A stretch of DNA of 18,062 nucleotides from Tubiluchus corallicola (taxonomy: Eukaryota > Animalia > Priapulida), in assembly GCA_030141605.1 (NCBI GenBank), contig JAQGDQ010002006.1, positions 1-18,062 of the forward strand. Direction: 5' to 3'. Both the position numbers and the translations under genes were made by a program. The notes beneath the pieces were generated by a model. It worked only from the letters and a program-made list of their open reading frames with translations, did not search any database and had not been told where the DNA came from. Every line of letters begins with the position of its first letter. The stretch's first letter is position 1. Positions 1 through 11,058 of the stretch are shown one piece after another.

Positions 1-775
1 GGAGGATACAATTTGTGCTATAATCAATGCAAAATTTAAACGACAAATGCTATAAGTTAGTCCCAGCTATTATAAATTTGCAATTACTAACGCCAGTACT
101 TTTTTGCTTTTGTTTCTTTTTATAATCTAATCTAACACGCAACATCAATAATAAATAATTGTGTCAGGACCGGAATGTAGTATCAGGTAAATTTCTCTGT
201 GATCACACTGAACCGAAAGATATTATAGCCAGATTCGTTGGCATGTACATCGCACGCTAACATAGCACAATTACTTAGGGGACTTACTACATTCCAAATG
301 CAAGTACAGAATCTTGTTTGCCACCTTCATTCAAATCAGTTTTCTGATTAAGCAAAGCTTGTTTTCCCGTCAAATAATCATGCGGTACTGGGCCGGGCAA
401 AATTATTGTTCTGGGAAATGCGTTTGGCCAGTGAAATCAGATTTATACACATTCGCAGCCACTGTGGACCGTGCGGGATGCTCTGACAACGGTGCGTCAA
501 TGAAACTTGTCTATCGCCGATTGTTTGATCAGAATCTTCACTTAGTCTACTGTATACTCAGTGTCATCGTGTCACTCATTCATTATTTAAATTGTTATAT
601 TACGGAAGTTTTTTCAATTTTTAATCATTTGCAAACAGATGGTAAACCCGCATGTGAATGTGAGGAAATACTGTTATATAATCTGCCCTAAGACTGAAAA
701 GCTTTTTTATCAAAAAATAGATTTAAAATTGAAGTTCGCCATAAGTACGTGTAAAATAAATTACATAATAGACGT

Positions 776-829
776 AAGTTTAGACACTGCAGTTAACGTA
801 CTATGTTTTTGTACCAAAGTATTACAACT
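776..829 (+). repeat. Left copy of perfect 54-bp direct repeat (putative target-site duplication)
   Basis: AAGTTTAGACACTGCAGTTAACGTACTATGTTTTTGTACCAAAGTATTACAACT, identical to 1355-1408. Confidence 0.95.
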
Positions 830-938
830 ACGGCCAAATCACGTTGAAAACACCGATTCTCGTCTCGAAGTTAAGCAACGTAGAGCCCGGTTAGTGCTTG
901 GATGGGTGACCGCCTAGGAATACCATGTGCTGTAGGTT
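826..938 (+). pseudogene. 5S rRNA-derived sequence (near full length, internal ~6-nt deletion, no T4 terminator), probably the head of a retroposed element rather than a functional 5S gene
   Basis: Collinear with metazoan 5S rRNA: CTACGGCC(828)...ACGTTGAAAACACCG, box A AGTTAAGCAACG (869-880), GCCCGGTTAGT, box C TGGATGGGTGACC (899-911), GGAATACC, GTGCTGTAGGTT end. Deviations: TCTCGTC-T-CGAAG where canonical has about TCTCGTC-CGATCAC-CGAAG, first two bases AA rather than GC/GT, several substitutions, and it ends TTTG rather than a TTTT Pol III terminator. Confidence 0.9.
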
Positions 939-1354
939 TGCGGGATGCCCACACTGTATCCTGACACTAGGCGAAGGAGCTGTACAGGCAGCCAACGGCT
1001 AGAGGGAGGAGGAGGTCAAGTAGAGGAGTAAACCTTCCAAATCAGGAGTGGAGCCCCGAAGGCGGACCAGTGCAGCATGCTCACTGACTCCGGCAGCTCC
1101 TGCAGCCAACCTGGTGCCAAACGTATCGCTCCACTTTCCTCTGGACTACACTAGGGAGGAAGAGAGGGGGTTCCTGTTGTCTGGGCAACTCAGGATCTCC
1201 ATACACCTTGCCCAGGCGTGCGCCCTGGAGACGTTCATGGATCGCACTGCTCAGCCACAGTCGACGCTGCAGCTCCATCAATGTGATCAATAAATGACTC
1301 TCTTAGTACACACTCCATTGTCTTCCGAGACAGAAGGACGCCAACCAATCCACA
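826..1354 (+). mobile_element. 5S-headed SINE (SINE3-like) or 5S/non-LTR retroelement chimeric retrocopy
   Basis: 5S head (826-938) runs directly into a ~415-bp GC-rich body that contrasts with AT-rich flanks. The body ends in a GTCTTCCGAGAC hairpin and a short CCAACCAATCCACA tail, and the whole is bracketed by identical 54-bp direct repeats (776-829, 1355-1408). Confidence 0.7.
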
Positions 1355-1408
1355 AAGTTTAGACACTGCAGTTAACGTACTATGTTTTTGTACCAAAGTA
1401 TTACAACT
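1355..1408 (+). repeat. Right copy of perfect 54-bp direct repeat (putative target-site duplication)
   Basis: Identical to 776-829. It is followed by unrelated sequence (GCATC...), not by a second 5S copy. Confidence 0.95.
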
Positions 1409-2084
1409 GCATCAACTACATTATCTGACAAACATCTACATGTGATGACAATGTATTTGCATTGCAGATTCACTTTTTACCTTAGTAGTCACTCCTGTTA
1501 CTCCTTAAATGCTCAGGATCAGCAGAGAATTCCTACTTTACCGTTGACTTATTTGCTTTGGCTAAGCGACAGTCAACCGAGACAAAACACATTCTAAAGT
1601 GGCGTTAGCAAATTTGATTCTTAAAAAACACGTCACGTAGCACTAACTGATGCCAGACGTAATGAGAAAATCTTCATAATAGTGTGACGTAGGTGTTTCG
1701 TCAGACAACTGATAATACAACAAGCTGGACGCAAGAAGAGACAACTTGCTCGTTTAAATTTTGCAAGTTCAGGCAGCAGACCTGAGACAGCCATTCGTTT
1801 ACACACAACGATCAAGTTTGGAAGATGGCGTACATGCAACTCACATCAAAACTGAATTTATCCTATTACCTAGAATTCTGGTGATGAGTAGAAAATATAC
1901 TATTTTTAAAATCATTATCATTGTCGTCATTATCATCATCATGATTAATGATAACAACATATTCTTTACGGCCAATCTATCCTGGACTTTGGGCCGTCAG
2001 AATCCTAATGATTACAAAATTTCAGTAAATTCAGCGATCTTTAAATTGAAATTATAAACTACTTTTCCTTATTCGTTTGAGAAA

Positions 2085-2796
2085 AGACAGTGTTCTTGGT
2101 TGTGTTCTTGGTTCTTTAGACAAGGTGGTGTTCTTGGTCCTTTAGACAAGGTAGTGTTCTTGGTCCTTTAGTCAATGTGGTGTTCTTGGTCCTTCAGTCA
2201 AGGTGGTGCTTGGTCCTTTACACAAGGTAGTGTTCTTGGTCCTTTAGACAAGGTAGTGTTCTTGGTCCTTTAGTCAAGGTGGTGTTCTTGGTCCTTTACA
2301 CAAGGTAGTGTTCTTGGTCCTTTAGTCAAGGTGGTGTTCTTGGTCCTTTAGACAAGACAGTGTCTTGGTGTTTTAGACAAGGTAGTGTTCTTGGTCCTTT
2401 AGTCAAGGTAGTGTTCTTAGTCCTTTAGTCAAGGTGGTGTTCTTGGTCCTTTAGACAAGGTGGTGTTCTTGGTCCTTTAGTCAATGTGGTGTTCTTGGTC
2501 CTTTAGACAAGGTAGTGGTCTTGGTCCTTTAGTCAAGGTGGTGTTCTTGGTCCTTTACACAAGGTAGTGTTCTTGGTCCTTTAGTCAAGGTGGTGTTCTT
2601 GGTCCTTTACACAAGGTAGTGTTCTTGGTCCTTTAGACAAGGTAGTGTTCTTGGTCCTTTAGTCAATGTGGTGTACTTGGTCCTTTACACAAGGTAGTGT
2701 TCTTGGTCCTTTAGTCAAGGTAGTGTTCTTGGTCCTTTAGACAAGGTAGTGTTCTTGGTCCTTTAGACAAGGTAGTGTTCTTGGTCCTTTAGACAA
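2085..2796. repeat. 26-bp minisatellite, ~27 copies
   Basis: Consensus GGT(A/G)GTGTTCTTGGTCCTTTA(GA/GT/CA)CAA repeated head to tail with point variants. Confidence 0.97.
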
Positions 2797-3830
2797 AGTT
2801 GTGTGAGATAACAGTAAGGCTGAGGATAAAACAAAACTACTTTTTTAGAATTGTATTTGTTTCTAGTAAAACTATATTTTACTGTTCTGTGTTTCTTATA
2901 CGGGCGCATTAGTTGTAAAACGAACTTACTAAGAAGCTGATACATCATACACGTAGTCAGTACCAGAACCTTGACTGACATTTGTTAGTTTTACTGGCAC
3001 TGCGGCGCTTTATTATTTTCATATTATTATTATTACCATGCTGCCTCTCTGCGAAGAGTATCAGATGAACAAGCCTGCGCGTCAGAAATTATTGTAAAGG
3101 TACGATGGACGTTGGCCACCTGGAGTTAAATAAACATGCTTAAATTTTCCATCTGTTGATGGGTGTGTGTAATCAGCTGTTGAAGGGTTTCAATCACAAA
3201 AATGATGGCTTCGAAACGATGTGTTAAAATTGTTCATTTTCTGCAGGTTCTCTTACTGGGGTATTCTCATTTTTTGGTATGAATGAGAAGGGAACATTTT
3301 TTGTAGATTTGTTCTCATTATGCATTACTAGTGCTCCATCATTTTGATCGTGTATGATTAAGTCTGTACGTTGCCAACGTTGTCATTATACAAATTGGTT
3401 GCTAAACGACTATAATTTTTATCGCGCGCAATTTATCAAAATTAATTACGCGACAATACGGCGCGGCATTTGGCTGTTTGTCAAACAGATGTTGACTGTA
3501 ACTCTAAAAAAACACTTTTACAATTACATACGGTGGTAATCAATAACGATGTAGTGTGATGGACTGAATCCACAATTATTGAATTTTCGAAATCCTTATT
3601 GTCATCCAAAGTCGTCTGAGTTAAATCCAGGTTTAGTTACTCCTGACTTTTCACTTTTTTTCAATAGCTTTGGCTTCATTCCGTTTCCAATGAACAACCA
3701 AGAACTAAGATTAGACGATGTTAATTGCATGGGTACCTAATTAAAAACTAATTATTTTAGGCATTCTCCTTCATTGCTATTCCTAGGGTAACTTGAGTAT
3801 AAATATGCAATGATCAGCGTCTTCTTCTTC

Positions 3831-5619
3831 CATTAATGAGCAGGTATAACTAATAAAGAATTACCAGAGTTATTCAGTTTACCTTGTTAGTTAAACTTTC
3901 ATTAATGAGTAGGTATAACTAGTAAAGAATTACCAGAGTTATTCAGTTTACCTTGTTAGTTAAACTTTCATTAATGAGTAGGTATAACTAATAAAGAATT
4001 ACTAGAGTTATTCAGTTTATCTTGTTAGTTAAACTTTCATTAATGAGTAGGTATAACTAATAAAGAATTACCAGAGTTATTCAGTTTACCTTGTTAGTTA
4101 AACTTTCATTAATGAGTAGGTATAACTAATAAAGAATTACTAGAGTTATTCAGTTTATCTTGTTAGTTAAACTTTCATTAATGAGTAGGTATAACTAATA
4201 AAGAATTACCAGAGTTATTCAGTTTACCTTGTTAGTTAAACTTGCATTAATGAGTAGGTATAACTAATAAAGAATTACCAGAGTTATTCAGTTTACCTTG
4301 TTGGTTAAACTTGCATTAATGAGTAGGTATAACTAATAAAGAATTACCAGAGTTATTCAGTTTACCTTGTTAGTTAAACTTTCATTAATGAGTTGGTATA
4401 ACTAATAAAGAATTACCAGAGTTATTCAGTTTACCTTGTTAGTTAAACTTCCATTAATGAGTAGGTATAACTAATAAAGAATTACCAGAGTTATTCAGTT
4501 TACCTTGTTAGGTAAACTTTCATTAATGAGTAGGTGTAACTAATAAAGAATTACTAGAGTTATTCAGTTTACCTTGTTAGTTAAACTTTCATTAATGAGT
4601 AGGTACAACTAATAAAGAATTACCAGAGTTATTCAGTTTACCTTGTTAGTTAAACTTGCATTAATGAGTAGGTATAACTAATAAAGAATTACCAGAGTTA
4701 TTCAGTTTACCTTGTTAGTTAAACTTCCATTAATGAGTAGGTATAACTAATAAAGAATTACCAGAGTTATTCAGTTTACCTTGTCAGTTAAACTTGCATT
4801 AATGAGTAGGTATAACTAATAAAGAATTACCAGAGTTATTCAGTTTACCTTGTTAGTTAAACTTGCATTAATGAGTAGGTATAACTAATAAAGAATTACC
4901 AGAGTTATTCAGTTTACCTTGTTAGTTAAACTTTCATTAATGAGTAGGTATAACTAATAAAGAATTACCAGAGTTATTCAGTTTACCTTGTTAGTTAAAC
5001 TTGCATTAATGAGTAGGTATAACTAATAAAGAATTACCAGAGTTATTCAGTTTACCTTGTTAGTTAAACTTTCATTAATGAGTAGGTATAACTAATAAAG
5101 AATTACCAGAGTTATTCAGTTTACCTTGTTAGTTAAACTTGCATTAATGAGTAGGTATAACTAATAAAGAATTACCAGAGTTATTCAGTTTACCTTGTTA
5201 GTTAAACTTCCATTAATGAGTAGGTATAACTAATAAAGAATTACCAGAGTTATTCAGTTTACCTTGTTTGTTAAACTTGCATTAATGAGTAGGTATAACT
5301 AATAAAGAATTACCAGAGTTATTCAGTTTACCTTGTCAGTTAAACTTGCATTAATGAGTAGGTATGACTAATAAAGAATTACCAGAGTTATTCAGTTTAC
5401 CTTGTTAGTTAAACTTGCATTAATGAGTAGGTATAACTAATAAAGAATTACCAGAGTTATTCAGTTTACCTTGTTAGTTAAACTTTCATTAATGAGTAGG
5501 TATAACTAATAAAGAATTACCAGAGTTATTCAGTTTACCTTGTTAGTTAAACTTGCATTAATGAGTAGGTATCACTAATAAAGAATTACCAGAGTTAGTC
5601 AGTTTTCCTTGTTAGTTAA
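3831..5619. repeat. 69-bp AT-rich minisatellite A, ~26 copies
   Basis: Unit CATTAATGAGTAGGTATAACTAATAAAGAATTACCAGAGTTATTCAGTTTACCTTGTTAGTTAAACTT(T/G/C). Successive starts at 3831 and 3900 give period 69, and units are near identical. Confidence 0.97.
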
Positions 5620-5784
5620 CGAATCATGAGAAAATAGTTGCGCACTTCATAACACTTGACAAATTCCTACTGAATTGGATATAAGAGCGGATGTTAACGT
5701 TACACTACTTCCGTTTTTACCCCACTCAGTACAGTTGAGTTGAATGTAAACGAACACGTTAAAAAAACTTAAGAACTTGTTATT

Positions 5785-5973
5785 TATTGCCACGCGACGC
5801 GTTAAGTCGTCACGCCTCTTATGACGTCAGTATTGCACGCGACGCGTTAAATCGTGACGCCTCTTATGACGTCAGTATTGCCACGCGACGCGTTAAGTCG
5901 TCACGCCTCTTATGACGTCAGTATTGCCACGCGACGCGTTAAATCGTCACGCCTCTCATGACGTCAGTATTGC
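5785..5973. repeat. 46-bp CpG-rich minisatellite, 4 copies, each with a perfect TGACGTCA
   Basis: Unit TATTGCCACGCGACGCGTTAA(G/A)TCGTCACGCCTCTTATGACGTCAG starting at 5785, 5831, 5876 and 5922. Confidence 0.95.
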
Positions 5974-6699
5974 TTGCTAGAATTTGTAACTAATAACAGT
6001 ACTACGTGAATATATTTCAGCTGCATCCTAGTTCAGTAGAAAATAATAGCAGTTGATTCAAACTTGCAATATTCTAGCTAAAAAAGGCTATAAAATCAAT
6101 AGATTATTTGTTCATCCACTTTACCTAGAAACATCAATAACTGTCGACACTTTTAAAAACAGAACTCTGCTGATCTCCCAAGAACAGCGAAATCCATATG
6201 GTTAGTATTCTAGCTGAAAATTATGATGCAGAACTTCGATGCAAATGCAAATTTAGTAAACATTTTTCACTCAACATTGCCTCATGGGCTACTTCAAATT
6301 ACAACAGCTTAGATCTAGACCTAGGCGACATACCGTCAGTACAGCAAAAAGAACACAATTACTACGTGAAGACGGAATCTTCTGCTATCATCGATAGACA
6401 GTATAATATGACATTTCTTTTTGGCAGTAACAAAATAATTAGGGAACAAAATAGAAACTGGCTTCATCGAAAAAAACTTTATTGATTGCAGTTCTACTCA
6501 CGTGCCTTAAGATGACACACCAGGTATGAGCTCGTGCTAAAATTTTATCTATTTATTTTTAATACTTATTTTTATATTTCTTTATAGTCCACAAAAGGCT
6601 ATTGCAGTAACATAGATATGGTTGTACTGTAGATCTAAACGAAAATGTAAAATTAAAGGTTAAGAACTCATTTAAAGATTATGTTTTAAGATATCTATT

Positions 6700-7017
<318 letters not shown>

Positions 7018-7393
7018 GAGCCGCAAACAATTTTCAGCTTATCTAGGTTAACAAATATGAATTATGAACTGAGATCCAAACATAAATAGGCAAAATTTGC
7101 TACTGCTTGTAAAAACAAACAACTCCCCCTAGTTCCGAAACGCGTCAGTAAATATTTCATAAAATTCTGTCTGGATAAATAAGCAAGCGCGGCAGTCTTT
7201 GTGCTATTTTACTCGCTTGCTAAAAGTTTTTCCTGCCGTCTGGGCTCAAGTTGAACACTTCATAGTTGGTATCCATACTAGGCATACAAGCATTAAATTA
7301 GTTCATTTATGAACGAATGAGGCTCTCTTATCTGCAATGGTTTCAGCACTATAGTACACTGACATTCTGATGATCAAAGGCAATATTTAAAAT

Positions 7394-8876
7394 ACAGATT
7401 CGGAGGTATTTCCGACAGATTCGGGGGTATTTCTGACAGATTCGGGGGCATTTCCGACAGATTCGGGGGTATTTCTGACAGATTCGGGTGTATTTCTGAC
7501 AGATTCGGGGGTATTTCTGACACACTCGGGGGTATTTCTGACAGATTCGGGGGTATTTCTGACAGATTCGGGGGTATTTCTGACAGATTCGGGGGTATTT
7601 CTGACAGATTCGGGGGTATTTCCGACAGATTCGGGGGTATTTCTGACAGATTCGGGGGTATTTCTGACAGATTCGGGGGTATTTCGACAGATTCGGGGGT
7701 ATTTCGACAGATTCGGGGTATTTCGACAGATTCGGACCACAAATGACAGATTCGGGGGTATTTCCGACAGATTCGGGGTATTTCGACAGATTCGGGGGTA
7801 TTTCTGACAGATTCGGGGGTATTTCGACAGATTCGGGGGTATTTCTGACAGATTCGGGGGTATTTCCGACAGATTCGGGGGTATTTCTGACAGATTCGGG
7901 GGTATTTCCGACAGATTCGGGGGTATTTTTGACAGATTCGGGGGTATTTCCGACAAATTCGGGGGTATTTCTGACAGATTCGGGGTATTTCCGACAGATT
8001 CGGGGGTATTTCCGACAGATTCGGGGGTATTTCTGACAGATTCGGGGGTATTTCTGACAGATTCGGGGGTATTTCTGACAGATTCGGGGGTATTTCTGAC
8101 AGATTCGGGGGTATTTCTGACAGATTCGGGGGTATTTCCGACAGATTCGGCGGTATTTCTGACAGATTCGGGGGTATTTCCGACAGATTCGGCGGTATTT
8201 CTGACAGATTCGGGGTATTTCCGACAGATTCGGGGGTATTTCCGACAGATTCGGGGGTATTTCTGACAGATTCGGGGGTATTTCTGACAGATTCGGGGGT
8301 ATTTCTGACAGATTCGGGGGTATTTCCGACAATTCGGGGGTATTTCTGACAGATTCGGGGTATTTCGACAGATTCGGGGGTATTTCGACAGATTCGGGGG
8401 TATTTCTGACAGATTCGGAGGTATTTCTGACAGATTCGGGGGTATTTCTGACAGATTCGGGGGTATTTCTGACAGATTCCGGGGTATTTCTGACAGATTC
8501 GGGGGTATTTCTGACAGATTCCGGGGTATTTCTGACAGATTCGGGGGTATTTCTGACAGATTCGGGGGTATTTCTGACAGATTCGGGATTATTTCTGACA
8601 GATTCGGGGGTATTTCTGACAGATTCGGGGGTATTTCCGACAGATTTGGGGGTATTTCTGACAGATTTGGGGGTATTTCTGACAGATTCGGGGGTATTTC
8701 TGACAGATTTGGGGGTATTTCTGACAAATTCGGGGGTATTTCTGACAGATTTGGGGGTATTTCTGACAAATTCGGGGGTATTTCTGACAAATTCGGGGGT
8801 ATTTCCGACAAATTCGGGGGTATTTCTGACAAATTCGGGGGTATTTCTGACAAATTCGGGGGTATTTCTGACGGAT
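7394..8876. repeat. 21-bp G-run minisatellite, ~70 copies
   Basis: Unit GACAGATTCGGGGGTATTTC(T/C), with 20-bp indel variants and one short interruption near 7736-7744. It is the source of the spurious PPNLSEI / KYPRICQ / NTPESVR ORFs. Confidence 0.98.
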
Positions 8877-9030
8877 AAAAATTGTGAAAATCTTTTAATA
8901 AATAATATTAATGCAGTTAGAGAAAAAAATTTTATCTTTGAACATTGGAAGCTGAACAGAGATATTAGAATGATATTATTTTATGAGAAGTTTCTAATAT
9001 TGATTTATTGGTGCAATAGATGTTTTTGAT

Positions 9031-9370
9031 ATTGTTGCTGCTGTTGTGTCGTTGTCGTTGTCGCTCCCGTTTTTCGGCGGCGGCGTCAGTGGTGGCGGTG
9101 GTGTTAGTGGTAGGTGTTGTTGTTGCTGTCGTCGTCGTCGTCGCTCGCGTTTTTGGCTGCGGCGTCAGTGTTGGTGGTGGTGGTGTTAGTAGTAGGTGTT
9201 GTTGTTGTTGCTGTCGTCGTTGTTGTTGTTTTTTCTTATTGTTGTTGTTGTTGTTATTGTTGTGGTCGTCGTTGTTGTTTTTGTTTTTGTTTTTGTCTTT
9301 GTCTTTGTGTTTGTCTTGTTGTTGCCGTTGCCGTTGCTATTGCTGTTTTTCGCTGCTCTTGTTCTTGTTG
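9031..9370. repeat. Degenerate (GTT/GTC/GCT/GGT)n low-complexity tract
   Basis: Mixed triplet and hexamer (TTTTTG, GTCTTT) runs. An internal block GCGGCGTCAGTG(G/T)TGG...GTTAGT(G/A)GTAGGTGTTGTT occurs twice about 80 bp apart. Confidence 0.9.
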
Positions 9371-9512
9371 GGGATGGCCTCTTGAAATGAAAGGTAAGAC
9401 AGTGTGGCTTTGCAATGGACTGTCATGAAACTATCCACAAATATACTAGAGCAGTTTCTGCATCGACTGACGAAGTCGGATATTCGATATGGCGTCTCTA
9501 ATTCTACGTGCC

Positions 9513-9989
9513 AACAGTAACATTGTCTTCGAGAAACAATAACAATAACATTGTCTTCGAGAAACAATAACAATAACATTGTTTTCCAGAAACAATAACA
9601 ATAACATTGTCTTCGAGAAACAATAACAAAACAGTAACATTGTCTTCGAGAAACAATAACAATAACATTGTCTTCGAGAAACAATAACAATAACATTGTT
9701 TTCCAGAAACAATAACAATAACATTGTCTTCGAGAAACAATAACAATAACATTGTCTTCGAGAAACAATAACAATAACATTGTCTTCGAGAAACAATAAC
9801 AATAACATTGTTTTCCAGAAACAATAACAATAACATTGTCTTCGAGAAACAATAACAATAACATTGCTTTCCAGAAACAATAACAATAACATTGTTTTCC
9901 AGAAACAATAACAATAACATTGTCTTCGAGAAACAATAACAATAACATTGTCTTCGAGAAACAATAACAATAACATTGTTTTCCAGAAA
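9513..9989. repeat. 28-bp minisatellite, ~17 copies, two interleaved variants
   Basis: Unit GAAACAATAACAATAACATTGT(CTTCGA/TTTCCA), period 28 (9533 to 9561). Confidence 0.97.
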
Positions 9990-10550
9990 GGTCTAAGGCC
10001 CAACGGATCGACATGAAACATTACAGAAATAATGCTAGAACGAATTCTGTATCGATTAACAGAGTCTGATTTTTGATTTGCCATCTTAAACTCAAGATAG
10101 CGATATTGAAGCTATTTCTGATTCATGATCTTGAGCTTAGCGAGTCCCTCGACCAATAGTTCGAGTCGAATATATAGACGCTCCTGTTGTAGACGAGTCC
10201 TGTCAAAAAGGGCAGTGTGACTTATTGATTAAGATATTTGAGCTGTGGGAATAGTTGGTAAGCTTAACGATAAAATTTAATGTTGGGCGTAGTTAGATAG
10301 GTGACCATAGGTTAAATCATCAACTTAATAAGCAAACGACTTACTGCGGTTTGCACGTTGTTGCATGCGTGCGAGCGTGCAAAAGTGCGCGTGCGTGCCA
10401 AACCATGCAAAAACGTTATAGAAATCTACATCTACAAAATGTAACCTTGTCCAACGTAGTTAAACTCCAAATTGTTTTTATTCATTTGAAGTTTTTATAC
10501 AGCAGGCGAAAACTTTATATTGAGATTATTGGCCCAACCCAACGGGTCCT

Positions 10551-11058
<508 letters not shown>

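Noticed and set aside
363-418. Imperfect inverted repeat TTTCCC...AATAAT / ATTATT...GGGAAA
   Set aside because: Short, gapped and AT-rich with no TSD. Compatible with chance.
314-917. 125-aa and 92-aa ORFs
   Set aside because: No recognisable domain. The second runs across the direct repeat into the 5S sequence.
826-938. Functional 5S rRNA gene
   Set aside because: Internal deletion in the loop C region, mismatched 5' bases, no T4 terminator, single copy inside a direct-repeat-flanked insertion.
1048-1293. 81-aa and 69-aa ORFs in the GC-rich body
   Set aside because: Short, no recognisable domain, and expected by chance in GC-rich sequence.
940-1354. HDV-like or hammerhead ribozyme in the element body
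   Set aside because: No CTGANGA/GAAA core, and I could not place P1-P2-P3-P1.1-P4 in HDV order by eye. Kept only as a generic structured domain.
7349-9029. Long ORFs (327, 488 aa and others) of PPNLSEI / KYPRICQ / NTPESVR repeats
   Set aside because: Translations of a stop-free 21-bp satellite. Several frames are open, indels switch frames freely, and substitutions show no codon-position bias.
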